Shown here one piece after another: positions 18,905 to 28,178 of a DNA stretch of 64,000 nucleotides. A program made the translations under genes and the position numbers. Source of the DNA: Candidatus Enterousia sp. Lineage in GTDB: Bacteria; Pseudomonadota; Alphaproteobacteria; Rs-D84. The notes under the pieces are model-generated. The model was given only the letters and a program-made list of their open reading frames with translations, searched no databases and was not told the origin of the DNA. Every line of letters starts with the position of its first letter. Position 1 is the stretch's first letter. The stretch covers positions 1,199 through 65,198 of the forward strand of contig JAZURV010000013.1 of the NCBI GenBank assembly GCA_045606425.1, given 5' to 3'.

Positions 18905-21900
18905 GTGCCAGATTTTGTGCATCTGCGTGTTCATTCAAAAATTTCTGTCGGGGCCAGTACCCTGTCTGTGGCGGCCAATAAAAAATTGGGGATATTAAAG
19001 GGTATCCCAGAACTGTGCCATGATAATAATATGTTTGCATGTGCGCTGACCGATACGAATATGATGTCAGGGTGTGCTGAATTTTCTGATGTTATGCCGT
19101 CCAGCAAATTGCAACCAATAATTGGTGTGGAAATATCCCTGAATCATCACAGCGCCGACCCAAAGATTTTGCGTCAATCATCGTTATCTAAATTGGTTCT
19201 GTTGGCAAAACATCATGCGGGTTATCTGAATTTGTGTGAACTGAGTCGTATTATGTACATGCGCCAGGACAATCATCATCTGGGACCTTATATAACAATG
19301 GCGGAATTAAAGGCACACAAAGATGATTTGATTTGTTTGTCTGGGGCGCATACTGGTGCGATAGGTATGGCAATATTAAACAATCAAAATAATACAGCCT
19401 TTAACCTGGCACAGCAATTTTTAGATATATTCGGTAATAATTTCTATATTGAAATTCAACGACATGGTCTGGAAAGTGAAATAAAAACTGAACCCGTGTT
19501 TTTACAAATTGCGCGTGATTTGAATATTCCAATTGTGGCAACAAACGATGTTTGCTTTGCGCACCCCGATGATTACGAAGCGATGGATGCCCTGGGCTGT
19601 GTGTTGGGCCAGACCAAGGTTATAGACCCAGACAGACCGCGTAAATCGTCTGAACAGTATTTTAAATCCAGTGAAGAAATGGTGGAATTGTTTTCTGACC
19701 TGCCAGAGGCAATCGAAAATACTGTGAATATTGCAAAACGGTGTGCGTTTTTTGTAAATGTACACGAAAGACCGTTGTTGCCAAAATTTGGGGAAGATTT
19801 TGAAACCGAATGCCAAATGTTGCGCGATAATACCATGAATGGTCTGAAACGGCGCATGGCAGAACATGGTATTACAGATACGGCGCCCTATTTTGACCAG
19901 GCTGAATTTGAATTGAAAACTATTATTGGTATGGGGTTCCCTGGGTATTTCCTGATAGTTGCGGATTATATAAATTGGTGTCGAAATAATGATATTCTGA
20001 CCGGGCCTGGACGTGGTTCGGGGGCGGGGTCTATCGTTGCGTGGGCATTGGGGATTACCCATGTTGACCCGTTAAAGTATGGGTTGTTGTTTGAAAGATT
20101 TTTGAATCCAGACCGTATTTCAATGCCTGATTTTGATGTCGATTTTGAACCGACTGGGATTGAACGCGTGTTGGATTATGTTGGGGAAAAATACGGGCGC
20201 GATTCTGTGTGCAGAATTATAACTTTCGGTTCTTTACAGGCACGGGGTGCCGTACGCGATATTGGTCGTGTTTATGGTATGCCGTATTCTAAATCAGACA
20301 GATTATCTAAACTGATACCGCCTGATGCGAAAACATTACGCGAAGCCGTTGACACATCACGCGAAATTCAAGAAGTGCTGGAAAACGACCCTGATATGGC
20401 AAAGGTTGTGTCTGTCGCAGAAGATTTGGAAGGTTCTATACGAAACCTGGGGCAGCATGCCTGTGGTGTTGTTATTGGCGACAGACCAACAACGCAAATT
20501 GCGCCGGTTTATCGTGACCCGGCGAATGCGTTGCCGTCGTGTCAATTTGATGGACATTATTTGGAAAGTGCTGGGTTGATTAAATTTGACTTTTTGGGGC
20601 TGGAAACACTGGTTGTGCTGAAATATGCAACAAAACTGATTCAGAAAACGCGTGGCATAAATGTTGACCTGGACCAGATTCCAACAGACGATGCAGAAAC
20701 AATGAAATTGTGGCAATCGGGATTGACCGAAGGAATATTCCAATTCGATGCCCCGTTTGTGCAACAGACGCTTAAAAAAATGCATCCAACCAGTTTCCTG
20801 GAAATATCGGCTTTGAATGCGTTGAACCGCCCCGGTCCTATTGCCTTTATTCCACAATTTATTGCGCGTATGCATGGGGAAGAAAAAATTGAATATGTCC
20901 ACCCAAAGGCAGAGGCAATTTTAAAAGAAAGTTATGGTATTATCGTTTATCAAGAACAGGTTATGTTGCTGACGCGTGCTTTGGCGGGCTTTACCCGCGG
21001 GGAATCGGATACCGTGCGCAAGGCGATGGGTAAAAAGAAAGCAGACCTGTTGGCGAAAATGGAAATCAAATTCTTGGAAGGCTGCAAGAAAGAAGATACC
21101 CTGGACGAAGCAACCGCAAAAGATTTGTGGGAAAAATTTAAAGAATTTGCAAAATATGCATTTAATAAATCGCATGCTATCGCCTATTCTATTGTGGCAA
21201 ACCAGTGTGCGTATTTAAAGGCGCACTTTACGCCAGAATTTTTGGCGGCATCTATGTCCAGTAATATGAACGATACAGACCAATTGGCAATATTTGTAGA
21301 CGACGCAAAATCAAACTTTAATATTCAAATTGTTGCCCCAGATATAAATGAAAGCGAATCTTTGTTCACGGTTAAAAACGGTAAAATTGTTTATGCGTTG
21401 GCTGCGATAAAGGGTGTTGGAACCGGGGTCACAGACCAGATTGTCGCAGAACGCGAAGCAAACGGTAAATTCAAGAATTTGACAGATTTTATTAAACGGT
21501 GTTCGGGTTTCGTGAATAAACGCATTTTGGAAGCCTTTGCAAAGGTTGGCGTTCTGGATTCGTTGGAAAAAAACCGCGCGTTGATATTTATGAATGCTGA
21601 TGCGATATTGGCATACGCGTCTAAATCCCGCGAAGGTGGAAATTCTTTGTCGCTGTTTGCGAACACGACCCAGGACGATGTCAGTGAAGACCGTTTGTTA
21701 AAAGATTTACCGAAAACAAAACCGTGGACTTTTGCGCAAAGGTTGGAAAACGAATTGTCTGCGTTGGGGTTCTATATTTCTGCGCATCCACTGGACCAAT
21801 ATAAACATTTGATTGTGCGCGCTAAATTGACAACCAGTCAAACTTTGCCGGCGCTGGGCGACAGAAAACCAGTACAGATTGCCGTCAATGTGAATTCTTT

Positions 21901-22339
21901 TTCGCGTCGCAAGACCAAGACAGGCAAAGATATGTTGACCATAAACGCATCGGACAGTTTTGGTAATGTCGAAGGTGTCGCATTCGGCGAAAGTTCAATC
22001 GAATTATCCCAGGTTTTAAATACGGAAACAGAGGTTGTAATTTCTGGAAAGACATCTGTTCGCGATGACAGAATTTCTATATTTGTGGATTCAATAATGC
22101 CGTTAAATCAGTGGGTTGCAAAAATTGCAAAAACCATAACTATCGATGTTTCTGACAAGAATACTTTGGTTGATGTAAAAAAAGCACTGATGTCGTTGGC
22201 ACCAGGATATACGCGGGTTGTTTTGAATTTACATTCTGATGTCAAAGTGGCGACGCTGGCATTAAAAAGCACGGTTGAATTGGGGGCGACAACCGCAAAG
22301 GATTTGACTGCCCTGGGAACCAAGGTGGCAATAGAATGA
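18905..22339 (+). CDS. dnaE: DNA polymerase III alpha subunit
   Basis: 1144 aa with a GTG start. N-terminal PHP domain (HLRVHS), GPGRGSGAGS, PDFDVDF, the fingers and beta-binding region, and a C-terminal OB fold. Confidence 0.97.
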   Translation: MPDFVHLRVHSKISVGASTLSVAANKKLGILKGIPELCHDNNMFACALTDTNMMSGCAEFSDVMPSSKLQPIIGVEISLNHHSADPKILRQSSLSKLVLLAKHHAGYLNLCELSRIMYMRQDNHHLGPYITMAELKAHKDDLICLSGAHTGAIGMAILNNQNNTAFNLAQQFLDIFGNNFYIEIQRHGLESEIKTEPVFLQIARDLNIPIVATNDVCFAHPDDYEAMDALGCVLGQTKVIDPDRPRKSSEQYFKSSEEMVELFSDLPEAIENTVNIAKRCAFFVNVHERPLLPKFGEDFETECQMLRDNTMNGLKRRMAEHGITDTAPYFDQAEFELKTIIGMGFPGYFLIVADYINWCRNNDILTGPGRGSGAGSIVAWALGITHVDPLKYGLLFERFLNPDRISMPDFDVDFEPTGIERVLDYVGEKYGRDSVCRIITFGSLQARGAVRDIGRVYGMPYSKSDRLSKLIPPDAKTLREAVDTSREIQEVLENDPDMAKVVSVAEDLEGSIRNLGQHACGVVIGDRPTTQIAPVYRDPANALPSCQFDGHYLESAGLIKFDFLGLETLVVLKYATKLIQKTRGINVDLDQIPTDDAETMKLWQSGLTEGIFQFDAPFVQQTLKKMHPTSFLEISALNALNRPGPIAFIPQFIARMHGEEKIEYVHPKAEAILKESYGIIVYQEQVMLLTRALAGFTRGESDTVRKAMGKKKADLLAKMEIKFLEGCKKEDTLDEATAKDLWEKFKEFAKYAFNKSHAIAYSIVANQCAYLKAHFTPEFLAASMSSNMNDTDQLAIFVDDAKSNFNIQIVAPDINESESLFTVKNGKIVYALAAIKGVGTGVTDQIVAEREANGKFKNLTDFIKRCSGFVNKRILEAFAKVGVLDSLEKNRALIFMNADAILAYASKSREGGNSLSLFANTTQDDVSEDRLLKDLPKTKPWTFAQRLENELSALGFYISAHPLDQYKHLIVRAKLTTSQTLPALGDRKPVQIAVNVNSFSRRKTKTGKDMLTINASDSFGNVEGVAFGESSIELSQVLNTETEVVISGKTSVRDDRISIFVDSIMPLNQWVAKIAKTITIDVSDKNTLVDVKKALMSLAPGYTRVVLNLHSDVKVATLALKSTVELGATTAKDLTALGTKVAIE

Positions 22340-23187
22340 TGAAACATATACCTGTGCTTTTGAACGATGTTTTGGATACGCTTGGCGATATAAATGGGCG
22401 CACAATTGTTGATTGTACTTTTGGGGCTGGTGGATATTCGCGTGCGTTTCTGGAACGCGGGGCAAAAGTAATCGCGTTTGACCGTGATACAAATGTGGTG
22501 ACTGATGCAGATACTTTAAAACGGGAATATGGTGATAAATTCCGTTTTATAAATATGCCTTTTTCGGAAATCAAACAATTGAACGCTGGCGATTTTGATG
22601 ATGTGGTTTTTGATTTAGGGATTTCTTCGATGCAGATAGATAACGGGGAACGCGGTTTTTCGTTTCGGTTTGATGCACCATTGGATATGCGTATGGATAC
22701 CCGTACTGGTATAACCGCTGATGTGTTGATACAAAATAAAACTGTTGATGAATTGGCAGATATACTATATGAATATGGCGATATAAAAAAATCACATAAA
22801 TTGGCGACAATATTAAAAGAAAAAAATCCAAAAACTACATTTGAATTACGCGATTTGATAAAGGTGCCGGGTGACATCGCGCCGGTATTTCAGGCGTTGC
22901 GTATTGCTGTAAATGATGAAATGGGTCAAATAAAATCAGCACTGAATTCTGTGGATAATTTATTGGTGTCTGGCGGTCGATGTGTTTGTGTGACATTTCA
23001 TTCAATCGAAGACAGAATCGTAAAAAACACTTTCCGTAAATGGACAGATGCAATTGGTGACCCCAGAATGCCTGTACTGGTTGAACCAAAATATAAATTA
23101 TTAAAAACAAAAACCCCGTCGGTGGACGAATTGGAAAATAATCCGCGTGCGCGTTCTGCGCATATGCGTGGTGTTGTAAAGAATTAA
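22336..23187 (+). CDS. rsmH: 16S rRNA (cytosine1402-N4)-methyltransferase RsmH/MraW
   Basis: HIPVLL.....L, D.TFG.GGYS, DLG.SS.Q.D...RGFSF, FHS.EDRIVK and ARSA..R motifs. It overlaps the dnaE stop by 4 nt. Confidence 0.9.
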   Translation: MMKHIPVLLNDVLDTLGDINGRTIVDCTFGAGGYSRAFLERGAKVIAFDRDTNVVTDADTLKREYGDKFRFINMPFSEIKQLNAGDFDDVVFDLGISSMQIDNGERGFSFRFDAPLDMRMDTRTGITADVLIQNKTVDELADILYEYGDIKKSHKLATILKEKNPKTTFELRDLIKVPGDIAPVFQALRIAVNDEMGQIKSALNSVDNLLVSGGRCVCVTFHSIEDRIVKNTFRKWTDAIGDPRMPVLVEPKYKLLKTKTPSVDELENNPRARSAHMRGVVKN

Positions 23188-23247
23188 AATATACTGTTGA
23201 CCTGGGGATTTGTTTTTTGATAAAGTGTCAAAAGAAAAGGAAGAAAT

Positions 23248-23739
23248 ATGAAAAAATTATTGGCGTTTTTATTAGGAACCACCACTGTGGGTTCGGCATT
23301 TGCGAATCCTGCGTGTGCGGTGTGTACTGTTGCGATTGGGGCAACATTGACCATATCGCGCAGATTGGGTGTTTGTGATAATGCTGTGGCTGTGTGGCTG
23401 GGGGCATTTTTGGTAATTTTGGGATATTGGGCAATCAAATGGTTCGATAAAAAGAATTGGCATTTCTGGGGTCGTGATGTGATTTTAATGTTGCTGTCGT
23501 TTTCTATGATTGCGGCGTTGTATATTCAGCATTTGTCGTATTCGCCCTGTTATTGGATTATAGATGGATTTTTGTTCTGGGCAATTATTGGCGGTCTGGT
23601 TTATGTTGTATCGCAAAAAATATATGAATATATGAAACGGCACAATAATAATCATGCGCATTTCCCGTTTGAAAAAGTGGTTTTGGCGTTGGTGATGTTG
23701 TTCGTGACCAGTTGGTTGGTTTCCAGATACGGTTTTTAA
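23248..23739 (+). CDS. Predicted 4-TM membrane protein with an N-terminal CxxC motif
   Basis: Signal-like N-terminus, then NPACAVCT (C23, C26), C43 and C101. By eye there are four hydrophobic helices. No family recognised. Confidence 0.55.
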   Translation: MKKLLAFLLGTTTVGSAFANPACAVCTVAIGATLTISRRLGVCDNAVAVWLGAFLVILGYWAIKWFDKKNWHFWGRDVILMLLSFSMIAALYIQHLSYSPCYWIIDGFLFWAIIGGLVYVVSQKIYEYMKRHNNNHAHFPFEKVVLALVMLFVTSWLVSRYGF

Positions 23740-23760
23740 TTTAATTAAAAGGAAAAAGAA

Positions 23761-24360
23761 ATGAAAAAAACAAATAAAAAATTGAGTATGGAAGAAATGA
23801 TTGAAAAACTGGATGCGGCGAAAAAGGCCAATCCGTTGGATTTGTCGTCTGACCAGGATTTGTCCATCGCACTGATGAATTTGGTTTCTTTGGAAGAACA
23901 TTTCTTTTTCAGTGGTGCCAAAACTGGCAGGGTTGGTTTCTATGACCTGATAAACACTGTTCGCAGTATGCGCAAAGAACTGATGGAACGCATTGTTAAG
24001 AAATCCAGTGGCGAAGATGGCGAGGTGTGGTGTATTTCGAAACATTTGTTGGCAGCATCTATGCGTATTTACGAAGTTGGAACCAAGGCTATCGGTGCAG
24101 GCAAAAAGAAAGAAGCCTATGAAATGTTTGAAAAAGCCTATGATTTATATTCTTTGTTCTGGGGATTAAATATGCATCTGATAGATTTAGACGGTGTCCA
24201 TGAATCTGTGCCTGCGTTCTATGATGGTGCGACCCAGGCATGTGCAACGGAAAAAGAAGAAAAAAAGTCAGTAAAAACAACAAAAAAAGACGAAAAGGTG
24301 TCCGGCGTGAAAAGATTGGGTCAATGGGTAAAAAACGCAGTCAATTGTTGTATAGAATAA
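23761..24360 (+). CDS. Hypothetical soluble protein, 199 aa, Lys/Glu-rich tail ending in CCIE
   Basis: GGAAAAAG RBS-like sequence before the ATG, 21 nt after the preceding gene. It has no signal peptide and I recognised no domain. Confidence 0.5.
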   Translation: MKKTNKKLSMEEMIEKLDAAKKANPLDLSSDQDLSIALMNLVSLEEHFFFSGAKTGRVGFYDLINTVRSMRKELMERIVKKSSGEDGEVWCISKHLLAASMRIYEVGTKAIGAGKKKEAYEMFEKAYDLYSLFWGLNMHLIDLDGVHESVPAFYDGATQACATEKEEKKSVKTTKKDEKVSGVKRLGQWVKNAVNCCIE

Positions 24361-24413
24361 ATTCTTGCGCCGCATGGGTAAAAAATGATAATATATAGAT
24401 AAAGAGAGAAAAA

Positions 24414-26894
24414 GTGTCGGGATTTATCAAAAATATTTTCAAACTATCTGTGATTGCAACCGTGTTGCCGATGTTGGCGTTTGGCGCGCAACAGCCTAAT
24501 CCGCGTGGTGCGACGGTATCGCGTGACGCATCATCTTCGACCGAGGCTGGGACCGGACCGGCGATTCGTCGTTCGGCAACTTCTGTAATTGCGCGTAACA
24601 CAGGAACAAATACTAAGCGTCAGGCAAAAACCGTTGTGACGGCGTGTCCGTTGGCGATTCGTGGTGCGACTGTGCGTTCGGCGCGTCCTGTTGTGTCTGG
24701 CGGGAATGTTGCGCGCAGTGCGTCTAAATCTGCGTTGGCGCGTTCCGGAACGAAACAAAAAATCAGTTCGGCGAATTTGTCGCGTGCTGGGACTGCGCGC
24801 GCAACTGCTGTATTCAATGATGTGTCCAGAATCAGCAGTGGTTATTCTAATTGCCGTGATGCGTATGCAACATGTATGGACCAATTGTGTGCAAATGCGA
24901 ACGATACATATCGCAGATGTTTTTGCAGCGACCGTTTTATGGATTTTCGTGATACTTCTGATAAAATAGACCGGGCGTTGGATATGCTGGCGGAATTCCA
25001 AAATGTGAATCTGGACGCAGTGAATAAATCCGCGGCAGAAGTGAATGCAATGTACACTGCCACTGCCGGGGAAGAAGCCATCAAACGTGACACCAGTGCG
25101 TCACAGAAATTATTGGACAGTATCAGTGATATTTTGTCTGGTAAAACATCCACATATCAACCCAGGGGCGGCGGTGTTATGAATTCGTCGTTGGGGGTAT
25201 TGGATTTATCTGCGTTTTCAACAGGTGGCGAAGGCGATGTGTTTGGTTCTTCTTCGTCTGTGTTTGATACGAATTCTTTGTTGCGTGGGGGCTATTCGGG
25301 GTATACAGATATATCCACACTGGAAGGTGCAGATTTATACAATGCCGCGGTGCAACAGTGTTCGCAAATTACGCGCGAATCGTGCGGTGGTGATGCGATG
25401 TTTAATTTGGCGCGCTCTGCCTATTCTATATTGGTGACCCAGGATTGTAATGCGTATGAAAAAAATATAAATGCAAAAAAGGCCAGTTTGGAAGACACGG
25501 TCAGAACCGCAGAAAAATATTTACGCGAAGCGCGCCTGAACGAATATCGTGCGCATAATTCTGCGGATATGAATGCATGTTTAACCGCGGTTGAATCGGC
25601 GGTGCGCCGTCCAAATGCGTGTGGTGAAAATTATGAACGGTGTTTGGATTATACAGGGTTGTATATAAATCCTGCAACTGGCGAAGCCAGATATTCCAAG
25701 GCATTGTTTGGATTGAATTCTTTGATTAGCCTGGACGGCAGTGCAGATGTGTTGGGAAATAATCCGGGTTTTGATAAATTTTTGGACGACAAAAAAGCAT
25801 TCGCAGAATCGGCACTGGATACATGTCGTGGTATTGCAGATGATGTTTGGATGGAATTTAAACGCATCGCGTTGATTCAAATTTCCCAGGCCCAAGATGA
25901 CAAGATAGAAGAAGTCAAGGATTCGTGTGTTTCTGTTATGAAGGAATGCTATGACACACAAACCGGTGCGCTGAATGATTTTGCGGGCGATACACAATCT
26001 GCCAATCGTGCTATTGCGACGGTGACTGCGCGCGGTATGTGTAAAGACAGGGTTCAGGCGTGTGCGGCACTGTACGGTGATGTTGATGGCTGTGTATATG
26101 ACGATAAAACCAAAAAATTGACCGCGGCGTCAAACAAAACATGTGGATTGCAATCGTTGTTAGGGTTTGTTGACAGCGTGGATTCAATAAAATTTGCCAA
26201 GGGCTGTGAAGAAGGTTTACGCGATTATGTCCAGGAAACTTGTGCGCCGGCGTCTGGGGATTCGGGGCATTCTTATCCATGGGGGTGCAGAAAATGGTCG
26301 CCGGAAAAATTGCGTGAAGAACTGACACGTGTTGCCGCAACCAGGTGCGCCAGTGAAGGTATGGATTCGGATGATTCTATCGCGACAAATTCTAAATTTT
26401 CCACCAATACCGAACCGACAGTGAACAAAATTGTTGCCGATATTACCGAAGAAATATCCACAATGTTGCGCGACGAATGTTTTAAAGCGGGCGACACAGG
26501 TGCGATTTGGGATTCGTATGGGTACAGTATTCCAGACAATGATTTGACGGTAAATGTTTCGACAAAATGGCTGAATTCTGTGTTTGGCGGTACCGGATTG
26601 CGGGCGTTGGTTGACAAAGATATGGGGATGGGGGTCACTGGATATCGTTTAATCAGTGAACGCACGGGTGAAGAATTTGATGCAACAACATCTGGCGGTT
26701 CGCGTTCGTTCGGTTGGGGAATTTGTATGGTGCCAACCGTGCATCAGTTGTGTGACGCACAAAATCGCATGCCTGGCATGGAAGGGACTGCAACTTACTC
26801 TGACGGCAGATGCACTTTATCAACAGAATGGTACAGAATGAAATGCGAAAGCATCGGTGGTTATTACCAGGGCGATACATGCTTTGTCAGATAA
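24414..26894 (+). CDS. Large secreted cysteine-rich protein (826 aa) with an Arg/Ala/Ser/Thr-rich N-terminal region
   Basis: GTG start after AAAGAGAGAAAAA. The signal peptide ends in LAFGA. I counted about 29 Cys spread over the mature chain. No domain recognised. Confidence 0.7.
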   Translation: MSGFIKNIFKLSVIATVLPMLAFGAQQPNPRGATVSRDASSSTEAGTGPAIRRSATSVIARNTGTNTKRQAKTVVTACPLAIRGATVRSARPVVSGGNVARSASKSALARSGTKQKISSANLSRAGTARATAVFNDVSRISSGYSNCRDAYATCMDQLCANANDTYRRCFCSDRFMDFRDTSDKIDRALDMLAEFQNVNLDAVNKSAAEVNAMYTATAGEEAIKRDTSASQKLLDSISDILSGKTSTYQPRGGGVMNSSLGVLDLSAFSTGGEGDVFGSSSSVFDTNSLLRGGYSGYTDISTLEGADLYNAAVQQCSQITRESCGGDAMFNLARSAYSILVTQDCNAYEKNINAKKASLEDTVRTAEKYLREARLNEYRAHNSADMNACLTAVESAVRRPNACGENYERCLDYTGLYINPATGEARYSKALFGLNSLISLDGSADVLGNNPGFDKFLDDKKAFAESALDTCRGIADDVWMEFKRIALIQISQAQDDKIEEVKDSCVSVMKECYDTQTGALNDFAGDTQSANRAIATVTARGMCKDRVQACAALYGDVDGCVYDDKTKKLTAASNKTCGLQSLLGFVDSVDSIKFAKGCEEGLRDYVQETCAPASGDSGHSYPWGCRKWSPEKLREELTRVAATRCASEGMDSDDSIATNSKFSTNTEPTVNKIVADITEEISTMLRDECFKAGDTGAIWDSYGYSIPDNDLTVNVSTKWLNSVFGGTGLRALVDKDMGMGVTGYRLISERTGEEFDATTSGGSRSFGWGICMVPTVHQLCDAQNRMPGMEGTATYSDGRCTLSTEWYRMKCESIGGYYQGDTCFVR

Positions 26895-26905
26895 CGGGGG
26901 GATTT

Positions 26906-28144
26906 ATGAAAAAAATAATAATGTTTTTGTGTTTTTGTTTTGTGGTATCGAATTTGTATGCCGGGGCATATGAATATACTGGCAATTCGAGTGCGCAATA
27001 TAAAGTGACAGACGCGATAAAGGCTGCGTGGGGAAACCCCAGGGCACCTGTTGAAAATCCCCAGGACAGAAGTGAAGGCGCTGCTGGTTTTGTGGTTAAA
27101 GATGGTTGGGCGTGTTGCGGAAATGACATAGATGACCCGTGGGCTGTAGATAAGGCACCCGAATGTAAGCTCACCAGAGGCTATCCATGTCGAGACGATA
27201 GGGCGATAATGGCATTTGTTGCACATAATATTACCGAACATGGGGCTGAATTTTGTTTGACACAACTCAGCGCTTGGTCCAGTCCAGACAGGTTTGCATT
27301 GTGGTATCAGGAACCAAATTGGCCGGGGTTGGGATGCCACTGGTTTTGCGAACCCGGTTGGGACGGCGTTGCGTGCATGGAAAAAACAAATTCTGATTTG
27401 GCATGCGATACAACAAATATCAAGAACAGCATAGACAGCACAAAAAGAACCGACAAATACGGTCCGGGCGCAAATATATATGATGCGTTGTCGTTGCATA
27501 ATAAACGCCCTGGGGTTGCGGAATATATGGCTGTGTTGGATTCTTCGTTGGTGCGAAATCATTACCCGCATCAAATAGTTATTGGTGCGACGGAATTTAA
27601 AGAGCATGGCATTGTTGCAAAACCAATTTCCATTGGAATTGTGGGAAATCACCCTGATGTCACATGGGTGTCGTTCTCTGCGGCGGCTGGTAAAACAAAA
27701 ACATTGTGTGCCCAGGGATTTACCGCCGATGAAAATTGTAATGTTTCGTCTGCGCATTGTGGTTCAACAATGTGGTGCGATGCCAGTTATGCCGGGAAAT
27801 ATAATGAATCTATACACTCAGAACAATTAAACAGTTTTTGTAAAACATTTGTATGCAAAGACTATGATAAAGCGTTGAATGAAAAATACGAGTGCGTAGA
27901 ATGTAAAAATAATGGCAAACAGGGTCGTTGCAATATCCTGGGCAAAACCGCGTTTGGAAAATGTGTAAATTGTGGGACCGGCAGAATTTTCAATCCAAAC
28001 ACATGCGAATGTGATGCGGCACGCGCCCTGTCCCAAGATGTCATGCAATATGGTGTTGAACGTTCAGATGTCACGACCGACCAGTGTTGGACAAAATCTG
28101 ATGCAGCCAGTTATAAAGCCTGTGTTTTGGCGTCCGATAAATAA
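26906..28144 (+). CDS. Secreted cysteine-rich protein (412 aa) with EGF-like Cys spacing
   Basis: Start placed at MKKIIMFLCFCFVVSNLYA (signal peptide) after a GGGGGG RBS. The ORF track start at 26810 overlaps the previous gene. I counted about 24 Cys in the mature part, including C.WFCEPGWDGVAC. Confidence 0.7.
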   Translation: MKKIIMFLCFCFVVSNLYAGAYEYTGNSSAQYKVTDAIKAAWGNPRAPVENPQDRSEGAAGFVVKDGWACCGNDIDDPWAVDKAPECKLTRGYPCRDDRAIMAFVAHNITEHGAEFCLTQLSAWSSPDRFALWYQEPNWPGLGCHWFCEPGWDGVACMEKTNSDLACDTTNIKNSIDSTKRTDKYGPGANIYDALSLHNKRPGVAEYMAVLDSSLVRNHYPHQIVIGATEFKEHGIVAKPISIGIVGNHPDVTWVSFSAAAGKTKTLCAQGFTADENCNVSSAHCGSTMWCDASYAGKYNESIHSEQLNSFCKTFVCKDYDKALNEKYECVECKNNGKQGRCNILGKTAFGKCVNCGTGRIFNPNTCECDAARALSQDVMQYGVERSDVTTDQCWTKSDAASYKACVLASDK

Positions 28145-28178
28145 AAAAACTTTCAGTTTTAATGCTGAAAGTTTTTTA
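28144..28178. terminator. Bidirectional intrinsic terminator between the Cys-rich gene and the XRE regulator
   Basis: CTTTCAG-TTTTAATG-CTGAAAG hairpin flanked by A7 and T6. Confidence 0.7.

Noticed and set aside
22242-22877. 211-aa minus-strand ORF, plus similar antisense ORFs inside dnaE (19502-20062, 20357-20902) and tolA (14608-15090)
   Set aside because: All are antisense to genes with unambiguous conserved motifs. They look like typical long shadow frames in AT-rich DNA.
26864-27757. 297-aa minus-strand ORF
   Set aside because: It is antisense to the well-supported secreted Cys-rich gene (26906-28144). It is Arg/Ile/Phe-rich with no start context, so it is a shadow ORF.
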